Source: Gemmata obscuriglobus (GTDB lineage Bacteria; Planctomycetota; Planctomycetia; Gemmatales; Gemmataceae). From it: a DNA stretch of 32,000 nt. The position numbers and the translations under genes are program-made. Shown one piece after another: positions 23,872-32,000 of this stretch. Each line of letters starts with the position of its first letter. The first letter of the stretch is position 1. Location: NCBI RefSeq assembly GCF_008065095.1, contig NZ_CP042911.1:8700001-8732000 (forward strand). Direction: 5' to 3'. Under the pieces are notes generated by a model, which did not search any database, was not told the DNA's origin, and saw only the letters and a list, made by a program, of their open reading frames with translations.

Positions 23872-26298
23872 TTACCGCGTGTTACGTTCCAGCGCGCGGC
23901 GGGCCTCTTGGGTGCGGAACGCCGTCGCCGCTCCGCCCGCCAGTTCCTCCAGCAGCTCGCGGGCCGGGCTCGTCCCCAGCGCCGCGAGGAGTTCGACCGC
24001 TCGCGCGTCTGCGACTCGGCTCGCTTCGGCCTCGGTGCGGTTCGTCACGGCCGGCTTGAGCCGCAGCCGGGCCATCTTCACCGCCGCGTCGGGCTCACGG
24101 CTGAGTCGCGACATCGCGAGGTACGCGTCCCCGGCCGGACCGGTCGCGAGCGCCTCCCAGAGCTTGGCCGCGTTCGTTTCCCGTTTCACCACGTCCGGAA
24201 GCGGCACGGATTGAAGCCGCACGTCCCACACCAGAACCGTGTGATCGCCGCCCGCGGTGAGTAGCTTCGTACCGTCCGGCGTGAACCCCAGGACGCGCAC
24301 CGCCCCGCGGTGCCCGCGCAACTCGCGCCGGACCGTCTGGGTCGCGGCTTCGAGCAGAACCGCGCGCGCGGGGCCGTCACTTTCGACGGCGAGAAGGCCG
24401 CCGGTCGGGGAAACGGCAACCCGCGACTCTGCGAACGTGGGCGTGTCGCCGCGCGCCCGGCCGAGTCGGATGTACGGAACCGGTGTGTGTGTCCCGCTCG
24501 CGACGACGCACGGCGTTTCGTCACGCAGGTCTTGAACAAGCCACAGCGGGTTCGGGCGCAGTGCGACGAGCGGATACGAGGCATCGGAGCGGTCGTCGGG
24601 CCGGGCCGGTGCCAGTTCCTTACCGGTTCGCGCGTCCCAGCGCCGGGCTCGGCGCACGTCGGCGAACACGGCGGCGCCGTCGGGAGAAAAGTGTGCCGGG
24701 CGCACCGGCCCGTCGGGGGAAACGTCGAACCGCTTTTTCCCGCCGGGCCAGTCGTACACCGCGACCGACGGGTCCGCGTCCGCCCACGTCAACACGGACC
24801 TGCCGTCGGGAGCGAACACCACATTCCGCGGCTTCGAGTTCGCCAGATCGCCCGGCAGCGGGATCTCGAGCCCGGTTTGTAAATCGCGCCCGACGAGCCG
24901 GTCCTTGGTGCTGAACAGAATGGCGGTTCCGTCGGGCGCGAACGTCGGGCGTGAGTCACGGGAGCGCGTCCCCCCTAATCCCGGAGCGCCTGCGAACGCA
25001 CGCAGCTCCTGACCGGTTGCGAGGTCCCAGAACCGCACCGTTTCGTCTTCGGCCCAGGTCAGCAGGCGCTTGCCATCGGGCGACAGTTCGGCGTGCGTGA
25101 CTGGAGCGCGGTGTCCCGGCGCCTCGTGCAGCGAGCGGAACGTTTTGGCGTCCCACAGGCGCACGAGACCGAACCCGTCGGCGGTCGCGATGCGGGTGCC
25201 GTCAGCCGATACGGCGACCGCGCCGCACGTGTCCGCGTGCCCTTCGAGCCGCGCCAGTTCCTTCCCGCGCGAGGTGTCGAGCACCAGGGTGCCGCGCCCG
25301 GTCGCAACGGCCAGAATGTCGCCCGACGGGAAGAACGCGAACCCGCCGCCGTCGTGCGCCTCGGTTTCGGGGTGCGGCAACGGCCAGCGGAGCCGCTGCC
25401 GCGTGCGGGGCGGAGACTTGTACGGCTCGACGATCGGAATCACATCGAAGCCCCACTCCCGGTCGCCCGCGGTGAACACGGCGAGCGACCGGGCGTCCGG
25501 CGCGTACATGAGCCGCGCGCCGTCCGGCACGCGCACAGGTCGTTTCGGCTTACCGCTATCGACGGGCCACGCCGTCACAACGGCCTCTCGGGCGCCGCGC
25601 TCGGGGTCGTTCAGCTTGCGAACCGTGAGCAGGGTTCGGCCGTCGGCCGAGAAGCTGAAACCGTCGGCGCCTTCGGCACCGAGGTCGATGTTCGCGACGC
25701 GGGTGAGCTTCGCGGCGGTCCCCGCCGGTTTCAGGTCGAACACCCGAACCGCGTGCTTCTCGTCCGCGGACACCCACCGGGCCGCGAGCCGCGAGCCGTC
25801 GGTGCTGAGTCGGAAGTCGGTGTACGCGGCCCGTGGGGGCGGCCCCGAGCCGTCAATCGCGCCGGAAACGCGCTCAACGAACTGCGGCAACTCCACGAAC
25901 GGCGGCGCGCCGGTCGGGTCGGTGATGTCCCACACACAAAAGTCGTCCGGAAATTCCGCGCCCGGTTGGCCGCTGGTCCCGGGTTCGGCGCGGCCCGTAA
26001 CCGCGAACGCCCCGCGGGTGCCCCACACAAGCCCCTTGAACAACTTGGCGCTCACGAGGTGCTCGTGAACCCGACGGCCCGTGTCCGCGTCCCACACCGT
26101 CACCACAATTCGGTCGGGTGCTGCCGTGTGCGCGGTGGCGTACCGCTTGCCGTCGGGCGCGAGCGCGAGGTGCGAGACGCTTCCGCCCGCGCGGAACCGA
26201 TCGTCGCCGAGCCGCACGGGCGCCCCGGGGAGCCGTTCGCTCCCGTGAGCGGGCGCGGAGCAGAAAACCAGGAGCAGCACGCAAGCGATACGCGACAT
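23872..26298 (-). CDS. Secreted WD40 / beta-propeller repeat protein with a helical C-terminal domain.
   Basis: I chose the ATG at 26298, which gives the signal-peptide-like start MSRIACVLLLVFCSAPAHG. Repeated WD40-type units include GHADTCGAVAVSADGTRIATADGFGLVRLWD, GHRAPVTHAELSPDGKRLLTWAEDETVRFWD and GHRGAVRVLGFTPDGTKLLTAGGDHTVLVWD. The C-terminal helical segment of about 110 aa begins KLWEALATGPAGDAYLAMSRL. Confidence 0.85.
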   Translation of the reverse strand: MSRIACVLLLVFCSAPAHGSERLPGAPVRLGDDRFRAGGSVSHLALAPDGKRYATAHTAAPDRIVVTVWDADTGRRVHEHLVSAKLFKGLVWGTRGAFAVTGRAEPGTSGQPGAEFPDDFCVWDITDPTGAPPFVELPQFVERVSGAIDGSGPPPRAAYTDFRLSTDGSRLAARWVSADEKHAVRVFDLKPAGTAAKLTRVANIDLGAEGADGFSFSADGRTLLTVRKLNDPERGAREAVVTAWPVDSGKPKRPVRVPDGARLMYAPDARSLAVFTAGDREWGFDVIPIVEPYKSPPRTRQRLRWPLPHPETEAHDGGGFAFFPSGDILAVATGRGTLVLDTSRGKELARLEGHADTCGAVAVSADGTRIATADGFGLVRLWDAKTFRSLHEAPGHRAPVTHAELSPDGKRLLTWAEDETVRFWDLATGQELRAFAGAPGLGGTRSRDSRPTFAPDGTAILFSTKDRLVGRDLQTGLEIPLPGDLANSKPRNVVFAPDGRSVLTWADADPSVAVYDWPGGKKRFDVSPDGPVRPAHFSPDGAAVFADVRRARRWDARTGKELAPARPDDRSDASYPLVALRPNPLWLVQDLRDETPCVVASGTHTPVPYIRLGRARGDTPTFAESRVAVSPTGGLLAVESDGPARAVLLEAATQTVRRELRGHRGAVRVLGFTPDGTKLLTAGGDHTVLVWDVRLQSVPLPDVVKRETNAAKLWEALATGPAGDAYLAMSRLSREPDAAVKMARLRLKPAVTNRTEAEASRVADARAVELLAALGTSPARELLEELAGGAATAFRTQEARRALERNTR

Positions 26299-26540
26299 CG
26301 GCGCGACTCCACGAACACGCTTCGGGCCGGGATGGTACCCCAACCCGGCCGGGCGCCGCGAGACGAACCTTGTTGCCAGCAGTCGACGCGGTTACACCGC
26401 TGATGACGTGGGGCGGGCGCGCTGCGATTGGCAGGCCCAGATTTGCGGCCCGGAGCACCGCCCGCTGAGCGAGCGGCACACTCCAGACCCGAACCATAAA
26501 ACGGGCTGTGACCGAGGGACGGGAACCAACGCCCGCCGGG

Positions 26541-26915
26541 TCACTTCGACGAGATCAGTTCCACCTCGAAAATGAGCGTCGCGTTGGGCGGGATATCGCG
26601 CCCGGCGCCGGCCGCGCCGTAGCCGAGGTCCGAGGGGATCTTGAGCCGGCGCACCCCGCCCGGCTTCATCCCGGGGATGCCCACCTGCCAGCCCTTGATG
26701 ACTTGGTTCAGCGAGAACGAGATGGTCTGTCCGCGGGACACGCTGCTGTCGAACATCTTGCCGTTGGTCAGCCACCCGGTGTAGTGGACCGTAACCTTGG
26801 CGCCGGGCTTCACCTCGTCGCCCTCGCCCACCGTGGCGTCCCAAATCTCAAGCCCGTTATCCTGCTTGACCCACTCGGTGGCGTCGACGGCGGGCATCGG
26901 GGGTACTTGCGCCAT
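26541..26915 (-). CDS. FKBP-type peptidyl-prolyl cis-trans isomerase.
   Basis: The 124-aa product has the FKBP core: VTVHYTGWLTNGKMFDSSVSRGQTISFSLNQVIKGWQVGIPGMKPGGVRRLKIPSDLGYGAAGAGRDIPPNATLIFEVELI. The ATG at 26915 is preceded by AGGAG with a 7-nt spacer. The 266-aa ORF in the track is an upstream over-extension. Confidence 0.9.
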   Translation of the reverse strand: MAQVPPMPAVDATEWVKQDNGLEIWDATVGEGDEVKPGAKVTVHYTGWLTNGKMFDSSVSRGQTISFSLNQVIKGWQVGIPGMKPGGVRRLKIPSDLGYGAAGAGRDIPPNATLIFEVELISSK

Positions 26916-27004
26916 TGCGGTCTCCTGTATGGTGGGGCGAGGCATCGCGCCGGCCCACCGGTCGCACGTCCTCGTCCCACCTACAGGATACAGATTACAC
27001 CCGG

Positions 27005-30000
27005 CTACTTCTTCTGCACGTACACGCCCCGGGCGCGCGTGAGCCGGTCGGTGTCGGCCGCGGACAGCACGAACACGTCCGTTCGGTCCTTGTCGACGAC
27101 GCGGGCATAGCGCTGCTTGTCGCCCGTCCCGCCCACGACGCCGCCGACGGCTAGTTCGCGTTTGCTCCCGTCCTTGAAGGTGACCGTGAGCGTCGCCTCC
27201 GGCTTCTCCAGCCCGAACAGCTTCAGGTCCGCTTTCTCGTCCACTGCGTACCGTTCCACCTGCAACGCGGTGAGCCCGCCGAGCAGTTCGGTAACGGCCG
27301 GGGCGCTGACGATGTCTTTGGGCGCCGCCGGGTCGGTCCACGCGGCCCCGTCCTTCTGAAGGGTGAACGTCTTGCCCGCCTGCGTGAACTCAAGCTTCTC
27401 CGCCTGGAACGCGTCGAGCGTCCAAGGCTTCCGCACGCGGTACTCGGCGAGCACTCGCGCCGTCTGGTCCCGGCTCAGCAGCGCCACCGGCCCCATGCTA
27501 CCGACGCGGGCGTACACGCGGCCGTCGGGCGCGGCCGTCCCGATGTGCAGCACCGCCTCGACCTTGTCCCCGTTCGTGACGGTCCAGGTGGCCTCGGGCT
27601 TGTCCAGGCCGAAGGGCTTGAGGTCCGCGCCGGCCTCGGCCACCCAGTCGGCCGCCCGCAGCTTCGCCAGCTCGTTGACGAGGTCGTCGAGCGGCGCCTG
27701 CTCCGCGTCGGCCGCCGCCGGCGCCGTCACCTTCCAGGTGCCGTTCACCTTGGCGAAGGTGACCTTGCGCGGCCCGCGCTCGAGCCGGAGCAGGTCCGCG
27801 TCCACGAACTTGACCATCGCGCGGTCGCGGAACGACACCGCCGGCGCCAGCAGCTTGCCCGCGAGCGCCGCGGGCAGCACCCCGACGGTCGCGTCGGCCC
27901 CGGCCCCTTCCACCGCGGCGTAGCGCCCGAGTTCGGGCTTCTTCGCATCGACCGGGCGGCCCAGGCGCAGCACCTTCTGCTCGGCCTTCTCGCCCACGGT
28001 GAGCGTGACCGACGCCTCCGGCGGCTCCAGCCCGTACTCCTTGAACACGTCCGCCTTCTTGCCGAACGCGGCGACCTTTTCGGCCCGCAGCCGCCCGAGC
28101 TGGTCGGCAAGCTCGTCCAGCAGCGGTTGGTCCGCCTTGAGCTTCGCGGGCTTCACCACGTCCCACCCGGTGCCGCTCGCCGCCGGGGCCAGTTCGAGTT
28201 GCTCTTTGCCCTTCGTGCGCGTGAGGCCGTTCAGGGTCGCGGGGTCGAACGTGAGGAGCGTCCGGTCCGCGAACTCGAGCTTGGTGCGCACGAGCTGCGG
28301 CACCGCCGCGGGCGGGATCACGCCGACCGCCTTGCCGCCGTCCACGCGCACGAACCGCCCGCCGATCGGATCGGGTTTGCCGATCTGGAGCTTGCGCGTT
28401 TCGGGCTTCTCGGTGCCGAGCGTCACGGTGATCGTGACCGCAGGTTTGTCGAGGCCGTAGTCGGCCCACTTCACGGCGTCGCCGTACCCCGCGAGTCGCT
28501 CGACCGGCAGCGGCGCCAGTTGGGACACCAGTTGCCCGGCGGCGACCGTGTCCACCGTGAACGCGGCGCCCGCGGCGGCCCATTTGCCCTTGTCGTCTTT
28601 CGTCAGCGTCACGGTGCTGTCGGGCTTGTCGCCGTCGATCTGCACCTTCGTGATTTTCGCGGCGTCGAGGAACAGTAGATTGCGGTCGAGCAGGCCCAGC
28701 GGCGAAACCTGCACGTTCGCGAGGTACGCGGCGGGGACCACGAACACCGGGGCGTTCGGCTCGTCGAGCTTCGCGTACCGGTCCGTGCCGTTTGGGACGG
28801 TCCCGCCGATGACGGCCGCCTTCGTAACGCTCTTGTCCGCGTCGCCCGCCTTTTCGGTGTAGGTGAGCTTCACCTTCAGGAGCGGCTTGTCGAACCCGTA
28901 CTTCGCCGGGTCCGCTGCGGTCAGCGCCTCGTACTTCGTCGCCGCCAGTGCGCCGACGCCGGTCAGCATCGGCTGCGCGCTCAGGAACGGCACCGGGGCG
29001 GTAAACGGGCCGGTCAGCTTCCAGTTCGTGCCGTCCTTCGTCAGCGCGAACGAGTCCGCGGGCGCGTCGGGGCGGGCGATCTCGGCCGCGGTCACCTTGT
29101 CGGGCGGCACCAGCCACACCTGAAGCGGCAACAGCCCGACCGGCCCCGCCGCGAGCGCGTCGCGGGTCGCGACCGCGAGCGCGAACACGTCACCGCCGTC
29201 GAGCCGGGCGAACACCTCGTCCTTCTTGCCCGGGCGCGGGCCGCCGACCTCGAGCTTGTACGCCCGCTCGTCGTCGAACCGGAACTGGACCGTGAGCTTG
29301 GGCTTGTCGAGCCCGTACCCGGCCGGGCTCGCGGTCTTCTCCGCGACGAACTCCGCCGCCTGAAGTCCGGTGAGCTGGTTCAGCAGGTTGGCCACGTTCG
29401 CCGGGTCGGTGTCGGACGCGATCGGCGCCGTGAGCTTCCACACGTCGCGCTCGCCGGCCTTTTCCTTTTTGATGGCGAACCCGTTCGGCCCGTCGGTGGA
29501 CACGGACACGAGTTTGGCGTCTGTGGCGTCAAGCAGCTTGCGACCGCGGTACACGACCGCCGGGCGCGAGAACTGTGCGGAGAGGCGCTCCGGGAACAGC
29601 TTCGGCACCAGCCAGCCGGCGTCCGACGCGCCGGGCACGCGGTCGTCGATCAGGGCGACACGCGGCCAGCCCGCGAGTTGTACCGGGAACTTGCCTTTCG
29701 CGAAATCCGGAGCGCCGATGAGCAGCTTGTACTCGCGCGCCGGCGCTTCGGGCTCGCCCTCGGGGCGCTTCTCGCGCGCGGTGACGGTGACCAGGGTCGC
29801 GGACGCCGGGTCGAGCCCCCGGGCCTTCGGGTCGGCCTTATACAGATCGATGTCCGTGGCCCCGCGGAACCCCGCGAGCTTGCCCAGCAGGTCGTCGACG
29901 CGGGCCGGGTCGGCGGGCACCGGGTTCGGCTGCTGGTCGATGAGCCAGCGGTCCTGGCGGTCCTCGTCCTTCGCCGCCTTCGGTGACCCCTTCTTGCGCA

Positions 30001-31411
30001 TCAGCGTCAGCGGGGCCTTTCCTGGGGGCGCAATGGTAATCGTCTGGACGTCACTCTCGGTAAACCGCGCGACGCGGGCGTCCGCCACCTCGCCCGCCTT
30101 CACGAACAACCCGTTGAGCTTATCGGTGCCCACGGTGAAGAGCTGCGGATTACCCTCGATCTGCGCGTACCGGTACGGGGTCGGCACCTTCTGCGTGATG
30201 GTGCGCGGCGGGCCGCCCATCGGGTTCGGGATGGTGATCTGCTCGTCGCGCTCGACGGTCTTCGCGGTGCCGCCGAACTTCACCGTCACGGCGGTGCCGC
30301 TCTTGAGCCGTACGGTGACCGACTCCTTCGACTTCTTCAGCTCCTCGCGCGGGTCGGTCACGGTTTCCGGGTGGAGCCGTGCCAGGAGCCCCGGGAACGG
30401 CTCCACCGGCACCGGCAGCAGTTGCGCGATCGCGAACGGGTGCTCGGCCAGCGCCCCCTGCGCCGTGGGCACGAAGTCCTCGACCCACAGTTCCGGGACC
30501 GCGGCCAGCACCTGCTGGAGCCGCGCCGGTTCCGCGCGCTCGCGGACGGGGGCGGACAGCTCCCAGGCGTCGGCCAGGCGGTCGGGCTGCACCACCGGCT
30601 CCGCGCCCTTCGTGGCCGCGGCGGGGGGCGGGGTCGGGCCGGTGCGCTTCAGTGCGAACCGGCCGTCGAGGAACCACGGCGTGAGCCCGAAGGCGGTGAC
30701 GCCCTTACCGGTGACGCGGACCTCTTCGATGCTCTCTCCCGGGAGCGAGACGGTCGTCGGCGCGCTCTCGGCCGGCGGGGCACCCGGCCCGGCGGGTGGG
30801 GGCGTGCCGGGGAGCTTCACCCGCTCGACGTCCGCGAACAGTTGGCGGCGGCGGTACGCCTCGGCCGGGCGGCGCAGGACCGGCATCACGTCCGGGCCGA
30901 GCTTGAGCACCTCGGGGGCGTCGTTGACGCGGACGAAGGCCGGTTTGGTGAACGCGGTGTCGCCCGCGCCGGGCTTCGGCTCGCCGAACGTGAGCGTGTA
31001 GTCGGTGCCGTTCGCCTTCACCTTCACGACGACCGGCTTTTGCGCGGCGGCCACACCGTAGGCCGCTGGCGCGTCCGCGTCGCCGGCGAGTGGGACGGGG
31101 CGGAACCGGGTCCGGAGGCTGGCGAGGGTGGCGACCAGCTCGTTGGCTTCGGCGGCTCGCAGGGGCCAGTTCCCGGGCTGGGACCAGCCCGCCGGTCCCT
31201 TTTCGAGGACGAACGGCTCACCGCCCCCCGGGAGCACTTCCACGCGGGTAATGGTCTCGGGGGTGAGGTCGGTTTCGACCGACGCGAGCGCGGCCGAATC
31301 GGGCGCCGCGGGCCGGGGCGCGAGCTTCGGGAACCACTCGTCGCCCTTAAACAGCCACACGCCGGCTCCGGCCGCGAGGGTCACCAGAAGGAGCGTGCTC
31401 TTCCAATTCAT
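27005..31411 (-). CDS. Giant membrane-anchored protein built from about eight DUF4340-like modules.
   Basis: 1468-aa ORF with the N-terminal anchor MNWKSTLLLVTLAAGAGVWLF. A recurring module signature appears eight times: AAYGVAAAQKPVVVKV, ARGLDPASATLVTVT, YGLDKPKLTVQF, YGFDKPLLKVKL, YGLDKPAVTITV, YGLEPPEASVTL, FGLDKPEATWTV and FGLEKPEATLTV. Each is followed by a ...(L/V)xxG(x)P strand. This is the pattern I recall for DUF4340, and the gene sits directly downstream of a GldG-like gene, as is usual for that family. Confidence 0.8.
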   Translation of the reverse strand: MNWKSTLLLVTLAAGAGVWLFKGDEWFPKLAPRPAAPDSAALASVETDLTPETITRVEVLPGGGEPFVLEKGPAGWSQPGNWPLRAAEANELVATLASLRTRFRPVPLAGDADAPAAYGVAAAQKPVVVKVKANGTDYTLTFGEPKPGAGDTAFTKPAFVRVNDAPEVLKLGPDVMPVLRRPAEAYRRRQLFADVERVKLPGTPPPAGPGAPPAESAPTTVSLPGESIEEVRVTGKGVTAFGLTPWFLDGRFALKRTGPTPPPAAATKGAEPVVQPDRLADAWELSAPVRERAEPARLQQVLAAVPELWVEDFVPTAQGALAEHPFAIAQLLPVPVEPFPGLLARLHPETVTDPREELKKSKESVTVRLKSGTAVTVKFGGTAKTVERDEQITIPNPMGGPPRTITQKVPTPYRYAQIEGNPQLFTVGTDKLNGLFVKAGEVADARVARFTESDVQTITIAPPGKAPLTLMRKKGSPKAAKDEDRQDRWLIDQQPNPVPADPARVDDLLGKLAGFRGATDIDLYKADPKARGLDPASATLVTVTAREKRPEGEPEAPAREYKLLIGAPDFAKGKFPVQLAGWPRVALIDDRVPGASDAGWLVPKLFPERLSAQFSRPAVVYRGRKLLDATDAKLVSVSTDGPNGFAIKKEKAGERDVWKLTAPIASDTDPANVANLLNQLTGLQAAEFVAEKTASPAGYGLDKPKLTVQFRFDDERAYKLEVGGPRPGKKDEVFARLDGGDVFALAVATRDALAAGPVGLLPLQVWLVPPDKVTAAEIARPDAPADSFALTKDGTNWKLTGPFTAPVPFLSAQPMLTGVGALAATKYEALTAADPAKYGFDKPLLKVKLTYTEKAGDADKSVTKAAVIGGTVPNGTDRYAKLDEPNAPVFVVPAAYLANVQVSPLGLLDRNLLFLDAAKITKVQIDGDKPDSTVTLTKDDKGKWAAAGAAFTVDTVAAGQLVSQLAPLPVERLAGYGDAVKWADYGLDKPAVTITVTLGTEKPETRKLQIGKPDPIGGRFVRVDGGKAVGVIPPAAVPQLVRTKLEFADRTLLTFDPATLNGLTRTKGKEQLELAPAASGTGWDVVKPAKLKADQPLLDELADQLGRLRAEKVAAFGKKADVFKEYGLEPPEASVTLTVGEKAEQKVLRLGRPVDAKKPELGRYAAVEGAGADATVGVLPAALAGKLLAPAVSFRDRAMVKFVDADLLRLERGPRKVTFAKVNGTWKVTAPAAADAEQAPLDDLVNELAKLRAADWVAEAGADLKPFGLDKPEATWTVTNGDKVEAVLHIGTAAPDGRVYARVGSMGPVALLSRDQTARVLAEYRVRKPWTLDAFQAEKLEFTQAGKTFTLQKDGAAWTDPAAPKDIVSAPAVTELLGGLTALQVERYAVDEKADLKLFGLEKPEATLTVTFKDGSKRELAVGGVVGGTGDKQRYARVVDKDRTDVFVLSAADTDRLTRARGVYVQKK

Positions 31412-31438
31412 GGCGCGTCACCAAAACGAGAAGGCGAG

Positions 31439-31458
31439 CGGGGGGCGTGAGCCCCCCG
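31439..31458 (-). other. 8-bp G/C stem-loop between the GldG-like gene and the DUF4340 gene.
   Basis: cggggggc-gtga-gccccccg forms a perfect 8-bp stem with a 4-nt loop in the 104-nt intercistronic gap. Its function (attenuator, processing site or none) is unknown. Confidence 0.35.
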
Positions 31459-31515
31459 AGTTCCCCCGGTTCAAACGTCCGCGTGAGGCAGGGCCTACGC
31501 CCCGCTCACCCCGTG

Positions 31516-32000
31516 CTACCGCGTCCGGCGGCGCATCATCGCGAACAGCCCCGCGTACGCGGCGATCAGCGGCAGCCCGATCAGCGCCCCGGACCGCCAC
31601 AGCGCCCGGTTGCGCTCCGACAGCTCCACCCGCGGGTACTTCCACGCCGGTACGTCGGCCTTCGGCAGCCGGTCCTCGCGGCCGGTGAGCCAGTTCACCG
31701 AGTGCAGCAGCAGGCGCTCCTGCGGCGGCTCCAGGCGCGGCCCGCTGAACAGGTGCCCGCTGCCGAACACCACCGTCCGCTGTGTGGGCCGGTCGAGCGT
31801 CTCGGCAGCGACCGAGAGCGCCGCGGCGAACGTGCCGTCCAGCGGGGTCAGTAGCGCCGCGGCCCCCTGCTCGCGCTCGTAGCTCTCGTTCACCCACGCC
31901 GCGGGGATCTTGCTCTCGACCGCTACGCCGATCGGGAACGACCCCTTGCGCTCCTCGGCGCGGGTGTTGCGCTTCGGGTCGTCGGCCGGGGTCGGGTCGT
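31516..32000 (-). CDS. GldG-like protein (auxiliary component of an ABC-type transport system), C-terminal part. The gene continues past the right edge of the window.
   Basis: The minus-strand frame is open from position 31998 with no stop. It reads DPTPADDPKRNTRAEERKGSFPIGVAVESKIPAAWVNESYEREQG...VVFGSGHLFSGPRLEPPQERLLLHSVNWLTGRED and ends with the C-terminal TM segment LWRSGALIGLPLIAAYAGLFAMMRRR. This is the C-terminal architecture I recall for GldG-family proteins. Confidence 0.7.
   Translation of the reverse strand, partial: DPTPADDPKRNTRAEERKGSFPIGVAVESKIPAAWVNESYEREQGAAALLTPLDGTFAAALSVAAETLDRPTQRTVVFGSGHLFSGPRLEPPQERLLLHSVNWLTGREDRLPKADVPAWKYPRVELSERNRALWRSGALIGLPLIAAYAGLFAMMRRRTR

Noticed and set aside
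31468-31480. ggttcaaac, which resembles a tRNA T-arm/T-loop start.
   Set aside because: The surrounding sequence does not complete a T-stem, acceptor stem or anticodon arm. I found no tRNA-like cloverleaf anywhere in the window.

Overview
High-GC bacterial chromosomal window. The protein repertoire (giant TPR Ser/Thr kinase, secreted WD40 protein, multi-module DUF4340 protein) suggests a Planctomycetes/Gemmata-like genome; this is inference only. I support 19 protein-coding genes. Housekeeping genes are rho, thyX, dnaA and an FKBP-type isomerase. The others are two convergent methyl-accepting chemotaxis proteins (MCPs) flanking a small STAS gene, a 1548-aa Ser/Thr kinase, a membrane-anchored vWA protein translationally coupled to an unassignable 259-aa protein, and a convergent classic AAA ATPase. 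There are also an SGNH hydrolase, a GNAT acetyltransferase, a fatty-acid-hydroxylase/sterol-desaturase-family protein, a secreted WD40 protein, a 1468-aa DUF4340-repeat protein downstream of a GldG-like gene, and a GH140/DUF4038-like gene fragment at the left edge. I recognised no rRNA, tRNA, CRISPR array, transposase or integrase. The most unusual structure is non-coding or architectural. (1) The two MCP genes share a near-identical signalling-domain core arranged as a large inverted repeat around the STAS gene. (2) A perfect 40-bp palindrome lies after MCP1, and a third arm copy after the STAS gene could form an alternative 41-bp long-range pairing. (3) Two intergenic arrays of short tandem units are arranged head-to-head (CTTGGAA heptamers upstream of rho; ACAGGAT units at 9-bp spacing after the kinase). 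(4) Two ORF-poor stretches of more than 1 kb with AT-rich cores bracket the MCP module. (5) The kinase / vWA / unknown / AAA cluster is the best candidate for an undescribed protein system. Everything was read by eye. No database search, folding or statistics was run, so family calls are recalled motif matches and boundaries are approximate where stated.
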